Positions 13,986 through 27,359 of a stretch of DNA of 64,000 nt are shown here, in pieces; within the stretch, counting starts at the first letter, position 1; every line of letters starts with the position of its first letter. Location of the stretch: positions 23,808,001-23,872,000 of the forward strand of contig NC_043002.1 in NCBI RefSeq assembly GCF_006345805.1. Direction: 5' to 3'. A program made the translations under genes and the position numbers. The DNA is from Octopus sinensis (Eukaryota). A model generated the notes under the pieces. It searched no databases. It was not told the DNA's origin and worked only from the letters and a program-made list of their open reading frames with translations.

Positions 13986-14619
13986 CTAGCAGAGCTTTCA
14001 TCTGCTCCTAACTTCTGTATGTGAGTGTGTGTGTATATATATATATATATATGTACACACATACACACACATAGAGGCAAGCATGCCTGTGTAGTTGAGA
14101 AGATAGCTTCACAACCACATAGTTTGGGATCAGTTCCCACTGCATGGCTTCTTCATCAAGTATCTTCTACAGTAGGCTTGGGCTGACCAAAGTTATGGCG
14201 CATGGATTTCGTAGAGGGAAACTGAAAGAAGTCAGTCTTATATGAATATATATGTGTTTGTGTGTTTATGTATGTATGTATGTGTCTGTTTGTGTGAGTG
14301 AGTTTTTATTTCCTAGTCTTCATATGTGTTTGTCCACTGATTGCAAAAAATGGCTTTGCCAATGCTGCCATTTACTTGCCATCAACCAAAGTCAACTTCT
14401 GTAGAATTTGAACTCAGAATGTATGATGGATGAAATGCTGCTAAGCATTTTGCCAGGTGTGCCAACAATTCTGCCAACTTGCTGTCCAAAAATGCTTTCA
14501 AAATATTGTTTGATTTGATTCTGTTATTATATATCGTATGACTTCAAGCCATTACAAGCAATCCAGTCCTTTATTTACACAGATACTCTAATAGGGATTT
14601 GGAGTGGTTTGTTCTACTA

Positions 14620-15205
14620 AACATTAGTCTAAACATTCTGGTTAAGTGTATCGCTTCTAAGCATAAATCACCTGGCAAGACAAGGTCCCAGACACTGAGA
14701 TTTCTTGAGCTGATCTGCCTAGCATTTACATACTGCTGAGGAGAGTACAAATCAGGTGGGTAGGCCACCCTGTTCAAATGCCTGACTTGTGACTCCACAA
14801 GAGATTGTTTTACAGCAAACTGGCAAAAGGCAAATGCATGCAAGGTGGACGGAAAAAGCAATTCAAGGATACACTCAAAGCCTCACTGAACAGATTTGAG
14901 ATCAATCCTGATATCTGGGAAGCACAAGCACAAGACTACCCTGCCTGGTACAGTTGCACCAACAGAAGTGCCACCTCCTATAAACAGAACAGGATAGCAG
15001 GGGTCCGAAGGAAACACAGGCTGCACAAGTCCAGAACCAAGTCTTTGTCTTCAGTCCCAACAGACAAGTGCCCGACCTGCAGTAGAGCTTTCCAAGCACA
15101 CATTGGACTGATTGGTCATAGCGTGACATGCTGTGCCCTGTATTCTACCATGTGAAGACTTTGGTCATTGTTGACAACAGTGGATGAACTAATAATAATA
15201 ACAAT
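14620..15205 (+). pseudogene. RTE-clade LINE 3' fragment with C-terminal C2H2-like finger and (AAT)n tail
   Basis: ORF 14805-15155: FYSKLAKGK.MQGGRKKQFKDTLKASLNRFEINPDIWEAQAQD...CPTCSRAFQAHIGLIGHS, a typical RTE C-terminus. Confidence 0.85.
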
Positions 15206-15760
15206 TTATGCCCTGATGCAGTACCAGGCAGTGGCTCATGTGGCTTCTGATCTTAACTGATTAGAAGTGTTATCATGTACATTGTTCTGTCTTGGGCTAC
15301 AGCAAATATTCTGCTCAATACCACAGATTTGTTTGTCAGTTGCTTGATCTTAACCAGTTGAGCATGTCTCTTAGTGGATGACAATATGTACATCTCTGAT
15401 CACAAGCAGAAGTAGTGGGGAAGCATCATAGCCATGTGTTGAGGGATTCTTTGGGGTTTGAATAATTCACCTCTGGAAACATGGGTGTTTTGTTCAACAT
15501 CCTTAAACAACCCATATTCAGGGACATTTTGAGCAGGATGGGTGACTCGAACAGAAGAAAATTCTAACTGGGCCCCACCTGCAAGGTGATGTGCTGCTTA
15601 TTTTGATATGAGATCACCATGTTCCGCACATATGGTTGTGATGCATGTGCCTAGTGTACCCTTATCAGACGGGTAGTCATGATGGGTATACTGAGCTTCG
15701 TATATTATACCCCAGTGTCACTTTGATGGCATGCACTGCTCTCTCATTCAATAATAATAC
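15206..15760 (+). repeat. Interspersed repeat, probably a LINE 3' UTR ending in (AAT)n
   Basis: Non-coding ~550-bp block ending CTCTCTCATTCAATAATAAT, placed directly after the preceding LINE tail; family assignment uncertain. Confidence 0.45.
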
Positions 15761-15885
15761 TAATAATGACAACAGCAACAATAATAATGATAATAATGAT
15801 ATATATATATAATTGTATGTCATCATTACCATTATTGATAACGTTAGGTTTTCTTTATTGTTACTAGCTTCCTATCTCTTCCTAG

Positions 15886-15921
15886 CTGGCTTGGGCTGAG
15901 GACCACATCTCACTCATACAA
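15886..15921 (+). other. Candidate 36-nt micro-exon
   Basis: Acceptor CTATCTCTTCCTAG|, donor CAA|GTAAGC; open in two frames (LAWAEDHISLIQ or xWLGLRTTSHSY). Confidence 0.25.
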
Positions 15922-16918
15922 GTAAGCAGTATGCTTATAGGCCGATTCATAAGAAACACAGTTTTGGTATTTATATATGTGCCGTTGTTTAACTCCAGGT
16001 CGGCCCTGATTAAGCATAGATAGGATCAAAGGCATACACGTGTGTGTGTGTGTGAGTGCATCTATGTATGTGAAAAAGGGTGTACATTTGTGCTTAAGAA
16101 TGGTTGTATATGTGGCATGTGTGTGTGTATATACGTGCGTGTGTGTGTGTGTGTGTGTGAGACCATCTGTATCAGTTCACAAGGTAAGTCCATAGTCAGG
16201 GTGGAAGAAAAACAGATGGAAAGATAAGATGGGATGTTAGACAGGGTGGGTGAGGAAGGAGTGAAGATTTTTTGAGTGCAGGGTGGACAGGGTGTGGTAT
16301 GAAAGAAGAGAGAGAGAGAGTGATGGTTGTGGTAGTGAAGATAATGGAGAATGCAATGTGAAGTAGATAGGTAGGAATAGAGAAAGTGGGAAAGCTATGA
16401 AAGGATGAAGAGTAGAAAGAAAGAAGGCGAAGAATAAGAAAAGAGAGAGAAGGATGGGAGATAAGAGTAGAAAAGGAGGAGAGGGAAGGGTGGTGGTAGT
16501 ATTAGTGGTGGAGGTGATGAAGAGAATGAGAAAAAGTGAGATAAACAGAGAAGGTAGGGGAAAGTGAGTGTGTTGGTAGGAGGTAGTGGAATGGATGTGA
16601 AACTGGGGTGAATGAAAAATTAAAGTAGACAGAGATAGAAAGGAGTAACAAGCATGGAGAGGGAGAGAGAGAGAATGTGTTGGTGTATGTGTGTTTGTGA
16701 GTAGTGATGGCTTTCTCATATTGGGAAGATTTTAAAAGTAACTTAGAGAGAGAAAGAGAGAGAGAGAGAGGGAAAGTGTGTGTGTGTGTGTATTTCTGAG
16801 TAGTGCCAGTTATGTCATACTGGAAAGGTTTAAAAAGTAATTTACACCCCCACCACACAGATGGAAGATGAAGAGTGGAAGAGAGAAAGATGATGAATGA
16901 CAGATGATTGAGATAAGT

Positions 16919-16955
<37 letters not shown>

Positions 16956-17084
16956 GGAGAAAGAAACAAAATGTAAGGTGTTAAGATTGAAGAGAGAGAT
17001 GATGAATGACAGGTGATTGAGATAAGCAGTACTAGAATGAAAACAGAATTCTTTCTCTCTCTTCTCTCTCTCCCTCTTTATCTC

Positions 17085-17120
<36 letters not shown>

Positions 17121-17129
17121 GTATATATA

Positions 17130-17212
<83 letters not shown>

Positions 17213-17334
17213 ATATATATATAGATATATATATATATAAGAAATGAGGTACTCTGCTCGACTAAAGGCGGTGCTCCAGCATGGCCGCAGTCAAATGACT
17301 GAAATAAGTAAAAGAGTAAAGAGTAAAAAGAGGG

Positions 17335-17379
<45 letters not shown>

Positions 17380-17769
17380 CACACCCACACATGCACATAT
17401 CTTCCAACAAAGCTGGATTTTCACATTTCACTTTCCACTTTTCACTTTTACAAGTGATTCCCACATTTCACAATGGACCCTTAGGTAGACACAGACTAGA
17501 CATTGACTAGACCTTGACATGGTAAGGACAATCAATCACAATAATGTAGTAGGATGGCAAGGCTGACTATTAATTAGAACAAAATTAAGAGACAGCCTTG
17601 CTGTGGTGCTGCCTCATTACGTTTGCTGGTTCCATGTGAGTGCTCACTTGAGGATTGTTGTAAAACATGGGAATGCTTGTGAAAGGGAACAGTGGAAAAT
17701 ATGTGAAAACTCAGCTACACTGAAATTTGATTGACTGACACACACTTATATATAGATATGTATCTCTGG

Positions 17770-18452
17770 GCTCATTCCCACTGCATGGTACCTTGGGCGA
17801 GTGTCTTCTACTATAGCCTCGGGCCAACCAAAGCCTTGTGAGTGGATTTGGTTGACAGAAACTGAAAGAAGCCCGACATATATATGTATATATATATATA
17901 TATTATATTGAGGGTACTACTATTCGTAGATACCAACACGCTAAGAGGGACCAATGCGGTCAAAACTACTAAAAATAAACAAAATTTTACCGAATGCAAA
18001 ACTTCAAAACACATCATTTTAAAAAAGAATTCAGTTACATATCACATGTGATTTCGCATTTAATGCAGAATATGCATTTCATGTTCGTCAGTGCAACAAA
18101 CTCAAGAGATATAAGAAAAAACATAACATTACAAACTCGATAGCCAACCGTAGAATTCATCGTAGCATGTACGATAATTTCTTTTAAAGATTTTATCCTC
18201 AATTGTTAATTAATATATATATATATATATGTATGTGTGTGTATATGTTTGTGTGTCTATGTTTGTTCCCCCCCACCAACATCACTTGACAACCGATGCT
18301 GGTGTGTTTATATCTTCATAACTTAGCGGTTCAGCAAAAGAGACCGATAGAATAAGTACTAGGCTTACAAAGAATAAGTCTTGGGGTTGATTTGCTCGAC
18401 TAAAGGCGGTGCTCCAGCATGACCACAGTCAAATAACTGAAACAAGTAAAAG
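17770..18452 (+). mobile_element. SINE family A split by a ~290-bp insertion (~17908-18200) in its internal (TA)n
   Basis: CCTTGGGCGAGTGTCTTCTACTATAGCC...GAAACTGAAAGAAGCCC before the insertion and GACAACCGATGCTGG...CTCCAGCAT...GAAACAAGTAAAAG after it; the insert has short TIR-like ends ATTGAGGGTA / TATCCTCAAT. Confidence 0.8.
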
Positions 18453-18540
18453 GATAAGGATGTCTACTTCACGAAAACTAGAATATAAATTCTATAATTT
18501 ATATAAATATAAAGTGTAAAGAGTAAAAAGAGTGTGTGTA

Positions 18541-18609
<69 letters not shown>

Positions 18610-18922
18610 GAATGTGTATCAATGTAAAATATTTGTCTTAGAATGCATCTCATATAGACATATAGTGCTAAAAGCATAGAAGTATCACTAGCAGATGCAA
18701 AATGCCCAGTTAGATCATGTGATTTCAATTTATTTGCGTGTCATATTCATGTAAAGTTAGATATACAAATTGCTATTCAGTACTAATATTGCTTTCACTG
18801 TAAATATCTTTTATCTTTTATTTGTTTCAGTCATTAGACTGTGGCCATCTGGAAGAATTTTAGCTGAATGTCTCAATCCTTGTATTTACTTTTTTTTTAA
18901 GACTGGAACTTATTCAATTGAT

Positions 18923-19713
18923 GGATCTAGTTGGTTTGGCTGCCAGCTTCAATTTCTGTTCAAATTGATTTCATCTTCAGTGCAATGATACACTTTTATG
19001 GGCTAATGAATGCTGTGAAAATCATTTTTGCTATAAATCAATAAATAAAGAGTTATTGGCAATTAAAGTTTGAAAATTTTGGGTAATTTTAACCAATTGT
19101 AAGCCATAGACACATTCATGCCTGTTTTCGTAGTAACAAGCCAAACATGAGAACTCTTTTGTCAGAGAGAAAGCATGTGTGTTGATAAATATATTCTACA
19201 CAATGCCACATGTATTGATGGTGTGTTCTGTTGCTTGTACCCTGGTTGTGAGATGTGCTAAAAATAACAGCTAAAATAGACCTTAAATCACACCGTCCAC
19301 CTCTGCAGTCATTTAAAAAAAAATGTTTTTGCATAATCGTCTGAATTCCTGGGTGTAGATTACAAATTCGCAAACATTTTCTGAAAATTCCAAATTTCAA
19401 AAAAGTTATGAAGGGTTATATGTTGTATGTTAAGCAGAATTTGATTTGTTTTCAGTTTCATATAAAAAAACACTATTTTCAGAATGCTGACAACACATGC
19501 AGTCACACACACAATGACAGCTTCCAAATCCAGTTTCCAGATTGGGTGAAAGTGATCAAATTTTAAATCTCTATAACTTTTTAACAACATTTTTCTGGAA
19601 AAAGTGAAATAACTCCAGCAATTCAGCTTGGGAAAGTATATTAATGTGCCAAATTTTAAAATTTTCAATAAACGTTAATTTTTGAAATGTTGGTAGCCTA
19701 ATCAATAAAATTC
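18923..19713. mobile_element. Non-autonomous DNA transposon with diverged ~23-bp TIRs and 8-bp TSD, inserted in a minus-strand SINE (18810-19975)
   Basis: TSD CAATTGAT at 18915-18922 and 19714-19721; GGATCTAGTTGGTTTGGCTGCC vs reverse complement GAATTTTATTGATTAGGCTACC; SINE sequence resumes on both sides. Confidence 0.75.
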
Positions 19714-20046
19714 CAATTGATCTCTTTTGCCAGACCGCTAAGTTACTGGGACATAAACATCAGTTGTCAAGTGGTAGGGGAGGGTGAAACAAACAGAAAC
19801 GCAGACAGACATACACGCATATAAATGATGGCCTTCTTTCAGTTTCCATCTATCAAATCCATTTACAAGACTCTGGTTCGCCCAAAGCTATAGTAGAAGA
19901 CACTTGCCAAAGAACTGAACCTGGAACCATATGGTTGGGAAGTAAGCTTCTTATCACACAGCCATGCCTGTACCTATATGTATTTTTCCCCAGTTTGCCA
20001 GCTAAGTGGAACACCAGTGACTAATTAGTAATTTTTTTTTTTGCAG

Positions 20047-20128
20047 ATCTGTAGAGGTGAAATTGTCTAATCATGCAAATATGCAAAAATGGCATAATCA
20101 GACACTTTCCATCTGCTGCTGCTGTTGA
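20047..20128 (+). other. Candidate exon after a very strong 3' splice site
   Basis: Branch-like CTAAT, long T tract, GCAG|; longest frame SVEVKLSNHANMQKWHNQTLSICCCC*. Confidence 0.25.
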
Positions 20129-20279
20129 ACACTTTCCATCTGCTAATGATATTCTTCTGTGCTCTTTTAGCACTGGATGTCAATACAAGATGCTTTCTCA
20201 AGACGAATACAGAACTATTGTGGTTTTCTTTTTGTGTATCTATTTTAAGTAAAGTATACAGATTGTTACATACATACAT

Positions 20280-20470
20280 AAATGTGTGCGATTTGTGGGA
20301 ACAAATGCTTAGGTCAAACAGGCCTGGTTGGCCATCAAAGAAACCACAGGAATTGACCCCTTGTAAATTATGATAGAGCCATTGTTGACAACAGAACATG
20401 TGCAACCTGTGGAAAGGTGTGCCGTTGAGTTGGAGGATTTAAGAGACGTGTCAAAAGATTTCATACTATG
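20280..20470 (+). pseudogene. Two degenerate C2H2 zinc fingers, probably a LINE C-terminus
   Basis: CAICGNKCLGQTGLVGHQRNH, then CATCGKVCR*VGGFKRRVKRFH with an internal stop. Confidence 0.6.
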
Positions 20471-20646
20471 GCACCAGTTCCTTCTGCCAGCCAGCATAAC
20501 TGTGCATTATGCAATAAAATATGCAAATCTTTGGCAGGGCCCAAGAGTCACATAAGGGCCTCACATTGCATTACCAATGACTCATTTCAATGATTCTTTC
20601 TAGTAATGGTTTAGTTTGTATACAAGAAAGCAGCCACTATATATAT

Positions 20647-20691
<45 letters not shown>

Positions 20692-20729
20692 ATATATATA
20701 TATATGTATTTATGTATGTATGTATGTAT

Positions 20730-20775
<46 letters not shown>

Positions 20776-22378
20776 ATATGTATATATATGTCTTTTGAAC
20801 TTGTTTACAGGAAATGTTTTGAATATGAAAGTAAAGTTCCTATTCCGTTATGCTGGCCATAGTTTAATGATGCTGATTGGTGAACCAGTTTTTTGGGGTT
20901 GCATTGAGTTGTACCAATATAATGTAGGATAGATACAGTAGTACTAAAATAATTCTTGGAAGGAATTTATAAACACTTAAGCTGTACTACATGTGTAGCA
21001 CTGCACATTTCCACAAATCCCTACGCATGTTTCCACAAATCCCATGTCTCTTAAGACCATAGTCCATATTCCTGGGACGATTACAGTGTAGTCCGTAGTA
21101 TTCGTGGGCATCAGGTTGATCATCTTCATGGATTCATCTCTTTAGGCAATATAACATTAATAAATGTTTAACTGAGGGTTGTTTATCCCTTTTGACCAAT
21201 GCAAAGGTTGATTGAGTTATATGGATATTTCTGTGTGTATTTGGTAAGGAGGAGGGGAAGGTGATGGAAAGAGAGGCAGGAATGGTAGTTATATGGGGAT
21301 GGAGGTATGTATGGTGATGTTAGACTTATTTTGCTATTCAGTCTGCAGATGTCAGGATGGGTAGTACATTCCTTTGTCCAATCTCATTTAAGGCATGACT
21401 ATCTTCAATGAATACTGAAGTAAACAAGTACAGCTACTACAGCCATCAGCTGTTGGGGTTCATTGACTGAACTGATAAATGATAATTTTTTAGGGTGATC
21501 TTTTAATTGTTTCTGGTGGTATAGTGTATAGCATCCTAAATATTGGTTGGTTTGAATATATATGCTCATGCATATATATGTGTATATATGTATGTGTAGG
21601 CCATATATATTTATGCATATGGGTGTTCATCATCATCCCCCTCTCTCTCTTTCGGAGAGGCACTGAGCAGCTATACGCACACATACACACACGGCAGTAA
21701 CTTCCACCTACCGAATTCAATCACAAAGCTTCGGTCGACTCGGGGCTATAGTGGAAGACACCTGCCCAAAGTGCCACGTAATGGGACTGAACCCGAAACC
21801 ATGTAGCTAGGAAGCAAGCTCCCTAACCACACAGCCATGCCCGCATCATCATCATTTAACATCTGCGTTCCATACTAGCATAGGTGGGACAGTTTTACAA
21901 GAGTTGGCCAGAAGCTTGCACTGGATTTTTACAGCTGGATTGTCTTCCTAACACCAACCACTCGGCAGAGTTGATTTAGTACTTTTTACGTGGCACAAGC
22001 ACATGCGAGGTCAGTTTTGACAAGGTTTTTACACAGCCCTTCCGAATACCAACCACTTTACAGTGTGGACTGGGCACTATTAAGTGGCATCTGCATTGAC
22101 AGGGTCATCAAGTGCTTGCAAGACGTGTATTTATACATGTTTGTCTGCATGTACTCATATATATTGAACCTACTACCCGACTGTTCCCAGTATCCTGCCT
22201 GTTGAAATAATGGATTCTAACAAAATCCTATAACTGAATGAGAAAGATAGATGTGAACCTTTGTCTCTATATACAACATATTTGTGGACAAAAAAAGAGG
22301 AAACAACCAGCCTTTGTAACTCAATACAGAGAAAATTGTTATAAACTCAGTGTTACTAAGATTTCAAATATATTGGAC

Positions 22379-22597
22379 AGACCAATTTGCATATATTAAG
22401 TATTTTTGGCAGCTATTTCAATTATTAAGTTATTGGTGCATTCTGTCTCAGTGCTGTATTATACCACAGAAGGTATTTAAATCATTATAGACACATTCTG
22501 TAGCAGAGAACAGCTTTGAAACAAAACACTGTTAACAAACCAATAATTTATTAACCGAACTAATTGCCAAGAATATTTTATATATGCAAATTAGTCT
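22379..22597. mobile_element. Old MITE-like element whose ~37-bp inverted ends each contain an octamer motif
   Basis: AGACCAATTTGCATATATTAAGTATTTTTGGCA vs reverse complement AGACTAATTTGCATATATAAAATATTCTTGGCA; ATTTGCAT at 22385-22392 and ATGCAAAT at 22584-22591. Confidence 0.6.
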
Positions 22598-23279
22598 AGC
22601 TAACTTACTTTTGCTGCACTCTCAATGGTTACGTTCATTACCTGGATGAACTAGAATTGTACTACCAAGATTCATGTGTGTCTGCAATCTATTCTTATCT
22701 ATCTTTCATTTTATTGTACTATCTATCTGAATACATACATACATACATGTGTGTGTGTGTGTGTGTGTGCCTGGATTATATATGCATAAATGTAATGTGT
22801 GTGTGTGTATTTTATAAAGGATTTGTCTGTATATGTAGGTATGCATATGTGAGTGTGTGTGTGTATACACACACATAGAAGTGCTCAAGTATGCACACAC
22901 ATATGCAATGTTATATGAAAAGTAATGCAAAAGTGGGCATGATTTTTATATTGATTTCAGTTTTTGGCACAAGGCCAGAAATTTTGGGGGTGGGGTGGGG
23001 GATGGGGTGGGTTTTAAGTCGATTAGATCAGCCCTAGTGTTTAACTTGTACTTATTTTATTGACCCCAAAAGGGATGAAAGGCAAAGTTGACCTTTGGAA
23101 TTTGAACTCAGAATGTAAAGACAGATGCTAATGATTCTGCTAGCTCGTTACCTTGGTTATGACTTTATATTGACTGACAAATAATCCAAATTGCTCATAT
23201 TAGTAGAGTAAATCTTCCTTTATCTTCCTCTATCTTCTTTTTTCTTTCGTTCTTCCTCATTGCGGGCAAATAATTGGTT

Positions 23280-23640
23280 CCAAGCAGGTGTAACAAGCTG
23301 TTATTGAGTTTTTGATGAAGAAGTGTGCAGGCTGTCTGACATCCACAGAAAGCTACAAATCATTTACAAAAGTGACACCATTGACAAGAGCTATGTGAGA
23401 ACAATGTGCTTAAATGGATGGAGTTTAAAAAAGAGGAAGCCAGCATTGAAAACAAACCACACTGTAGGGACAGTCAACGAACTACTGATACGGATTACCA
23501 ATTAGTAAACACATTGATTCATACGGTCAGACAAATCAAAATCTGAAAGCTTTATGCTCAACTGAACTGTGGACACAATGCATTCAAGATGTTGATGGAA
23601 CTATTAAAAACCTGTAAAACTTCCCAGAAGTTTATCATTT
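23280..23640 (+). pseudogene. mariner transposase N-terminal remnant
   Basis: AVIEFLMKK.CRLSDIHRKLQIIYKSDTIDKSYVR...EEASIENKPH resembles the mariner HTH region; frameshifted. Confidence 0.6.
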
Positions 23641-23690
23641 AAATATATATGAGCATTTCTAGATATGCAACTATATGCATGAGAAGACAT

Positions 23691-24090
23691 ACTCTTACTC
23701 TTTTACTCTTTTACCTGTTTCAGTCATTTGACTGCGGCCATGCTGGAGCACCGCCTTTAGTCGAGCAAATCGACCCCGGGACTTATTCTTTGTAAGCCCA
23801 GTACTTATTCTATCGGTCTCTTTTGCTGAACCGCTAAGTGACGGGGACGTAAACACACAAGCAATGCTAGGGGGACAAACACAGACACACAAACATATAC
23901 ACACACACCTATATATATACATATATACGACAGGCTTTTTTCAGTTTCCGTCTACCAAATCCACTCACAAGGCATTGGTCGGCCTGGGGCTATAGCAGAA
24001 GACACTTGCCCAAGATGCCACGCAGTGGGACTGAACCCGGAACCATGTGGTTGGTAAGCAAGCTACTTACCACACAGCCACTCCTGCGCC
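23691..24090 (-). mobile_element. Full-length young tRNA-derived SINE (family A)
   Basis: Head GGCGCAGGAGTGGCTGTGTGGTAAG...GGTTCAGTCCC (A/B boxes), internal (TA/TG)n, tail (GTAAAAGA)n; near-identical to 48155-48546. Confidence 0.9.
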
Positions 24091-24929
24091 TACATAAAGC
24101 AAAACATATAAATCTGCACAACTAGGTACATACATACATATATACATACAAACGTACAAACAAACAAAAATACCCTGTTGTTGAAATTTCAATGAAGTAA
24201 CCTTGAATCTAGGTTAGAAACCGGCTCTTTCTCTATTGGCAAGAAATCTTGAAATAAACTGAACAATGACATACATAAAAACTGAATAATGACATACATA
24301 CATATAGATAAATACTGATGTTTATTTATCTGTCTGACTAATTGTCCCTATCAGTCAAATGGTTGTCCATCTCATTTCCTCTCTGTCACTCTTTTTTCCT
24401 CTCTCCTTCACTCTCTTTTCCCCTTTCTATCTTTCTCTAATTCTTTTTCCTCTCCACTAATTCTGTCTTTCTTTGTTCAACTAACATAGAAACCTTGAGT
24501 TAGTTCAATGACAAATATCAGGTTAGGAGAAAGGTAGAGGGCAGTATATCAAACTATTCTATGACACATAACGCCCACTCTCTCACTTTTCTCACTCCCC
24601 ACCTCTCTGTCTGTCTCTCTCTCTCTATATATATATAAATATATATAGGAGTGGCTGTGTGAAGCCTTGCCAGTGGATTTGGTAGCCGGAAACTGAAAGA
24701 AGCCTGTCGTATGTGTGTGTGTATGTGAGTGTTTGTGTGTCTGTGTTTGTCCACCCCACCATCACTTGACAACCAATGTTGGTGTGTTTACGTCCCTGTA
24801 ACTTAGCAGTTCAGCAAAAGAAACCAATAGAATGGAATTGATTTGTTTGAATAAAGGCAGTGTTCCAGCATGGCCACAATCAAATGACTGAAACAAATAA
24901 AAGAATAAAAGACTACATACATATATATA

Positions 24930-25542
24930 TCATCATCATCATCGTTGTTTAATGTTCGCTTTCCATGCTGGCATGAGTTGGATGGTTTGACTGAGGGCTG
25001 GTGAGCCAGAAAGCTGCACCAGGCTCCAATCTGATCTGGCAAAGTTTCTACAGCTTGATGCCTTTCCTAACGCCAACCACTCCGAGTGTATAGTGGGTAC
25101 TTTAATGTGCCACCGGCATGAAGGCCAGTCAGGCAGTAATGGCATCGACCATGCTCAAATGGTGCTTTTTATGTGCCACCTGCACAGGAGCCAGTCAGGC
25201 AACACTGGCAATGATCACGCTCGATTGGCGCTTTTAACGTTCCACTGGCACAGGTGCCAGTCAGGCGGTATTGTCATCGGCCATGACAATGATTTCACTT
25301 GCCTCAACAGGTCTTTGCAAGCGGAGATCATTGCCCAATGTTTGAAGGGTACTCTTCAATCGGCTGGTTATGCAGCACTGGCACAGGCCACGGTTATGGT
25401 CTCACTTGGCTTGCCAGGTCTTCTCAAGCACAGCATATCTCCAAAGGTCTTGGTCACTTGTCATTGCCTCGGAGAGGCCCAATGTTTGAAGGTCATGCTT
25501 CACCACTACATTCCAGGTCTTCTTGGGTCTACTTCTTCCACA
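24930..25542 (-). mobile_element. RTE-X-like LINE 3' UTR copy
   Basis: Same repeat as 11005-11505 and 31530-32105, with (GAT)n tail. Confidence 0.8.
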
Positions 25543-26159
25543 TCATAACATATAATTGCCAACCAAGTGTGATGTTCTATACAGGACAGTTCTACTGGCA
25601 TTTATAGCCCCAGGAAGACATCTCTTCCAGATGGCTAACAACACACATTCTGTGTCCAATTAGCATTTGCAAGGGGAGGTCATCACTCTCATCCCTAGCC
25701 TTACGTGATACACATGGACTTGAGTTTCTGGGTGGTTACCCATCCTCAGCATGTGTTACTCACCATATAATGATGAAAACCTACCCCACTTGCAAAATAC
25801 TATATGCTTTTTCCAGTGACAAACCATTGCTGATCTCGAAAACGGGGAAATAAGCTATATTAAATCTCTGATCAAGATATAAACAGTAGCAACATGGAAT
25901 CGTAACATATAATTGGGGTGAGCTTTCATCACTAGCTGGTGATTAACACATGCTAAGGACGGGTAATGACCCAGAAACTTGAGTCCATGTGTATTACGTA
26001 AGGCTAGGGATGGGAGCAATGGCTTGCCCTCGTAAATACTAATTGGACACAGAATGTGTGTCATTAGCCAGCTGGTAGAGATGTCTTCCTGGGGCTATAA
26101 ACGCCAGTAGCACTGTCCCGTATAGGATGCTACATGTAGTTGGCAATTATATGTTATGA
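25543..26159. mobile_element. Foldback/MITE element with ~250-bp imperfect TIRs
   Basis: TCATAACATATAATTGCCAAC... / ...GTTGGCAATTATATGTTATGA; arms ~25543-25790 and ~25912-26159; candidate 7-bp TSD TTCCACA/TTCCATA. Confidence 0.85.
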
Positions 26160-26204
26160 TTCCATATTGCTACTGTTTACATCTTGTTCAGAGATTTAAT
26201 ATAG

Positions 26205-26244
<40 letters not shown>

Positions 26245-26344
26245 TATATGTACACACTCACATACACATATATATAACTGTATATTCCTACATGTACATA
26301 CATACACATATACATATGTGTGTTTACACACACTCACACACTCA

Positions 26345-26376
<32 letters not shown>

Positions 26377-26569
26377 TCTTCTTCACCATCATCCCTTTTA
26401 CATCTGCTTTCCATGCTGGCATTGGTTGGATGGGTTATCACAGTCTGAGCCTTCACTGGGAGCTGCTGCTTTCATAGCCAGCTACTCATACATATCACAC
26501 GGCTTGGGTTTTATAGCTGGATGCCTTTGCTGTTACCAACCATTTTACAGAGTGTACTGGATTCGAAAT

Positions 26570-27055
26570 AAAATTCGATGACTGGCATCCATGCTCGTGG
26601 AGCGCTAAGAGCACTATCCGAGCATGATCGTTGACAGAGCAGTTGACTGGCTTCCGTGCTGGTGGCACGTAAAAAGCACCATTCGAGTGTGATCATTACC
26701 ACCATTGCCTTACTAGCACTTGTGCTAGTGGCATGTGAAAAAAACATTCGAGCATGGTTGTAGCCAGTGCTGCTGGACTGGCTCCTGTGCAGGTGGCACA
26801 TAAAAAACACCATTTGAGCATGGCCATTGCCAGTACCGCCTGACTGGCCCTCGTGCTGGTGGCATGTAAAAGCACCTACTACACTCTTGGAGTGGTTGGC
26901 ATTAGGAAGGGCATCAAGCTGTAGAAACTCTGCCAGATCAGATTGGAGCCTGGTACAACCATCTGGTTTCCCAGTTCTCAGTCAAATCGTCCAACCCATG
27001 CTAGCATAGAAAGCAGACGTTAAATGACGATGATGATGATGATGATGATGATGAT
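26570..27055 (+). mobile_element. RTE-X-like LINE 3' UTR with ~65-bp tandem units and (GAT)n tail
   Basis: Repeated GTGC-NGGTG-GCAC-RTAAAAAG-CACC units at ~26655, 26722, 26786 and 26852, then the conserved core and tail. Confidence 0.85.
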
Positions 27056-27359
27056 AACTAACACTATAGAGGTTGAATGAAAGTGGACTTCAGCACCCTA
27101 TGCTTTCTCTACTCATTTTGCTAATCACTTTACTGCTGGTTAATCACTTTACTTAGGTGCTTTTTAATTTACTCTTTATTTTGGATTGGTGGCTGATATC
27201 AGTACTGGAGGAGTAATGTCCTATGTGCAAGAAATGTAGAGATCATTCAGAGCTTAGATATGTAGACCAGGGAGGGAAAGAGGGCAGTGTGAGTGTGTGT
27301 AGTGCCAACAGCAAGGATTTGGGTGAGGGGAGTAAATATGTACCTTGCGTAAACAAAGG

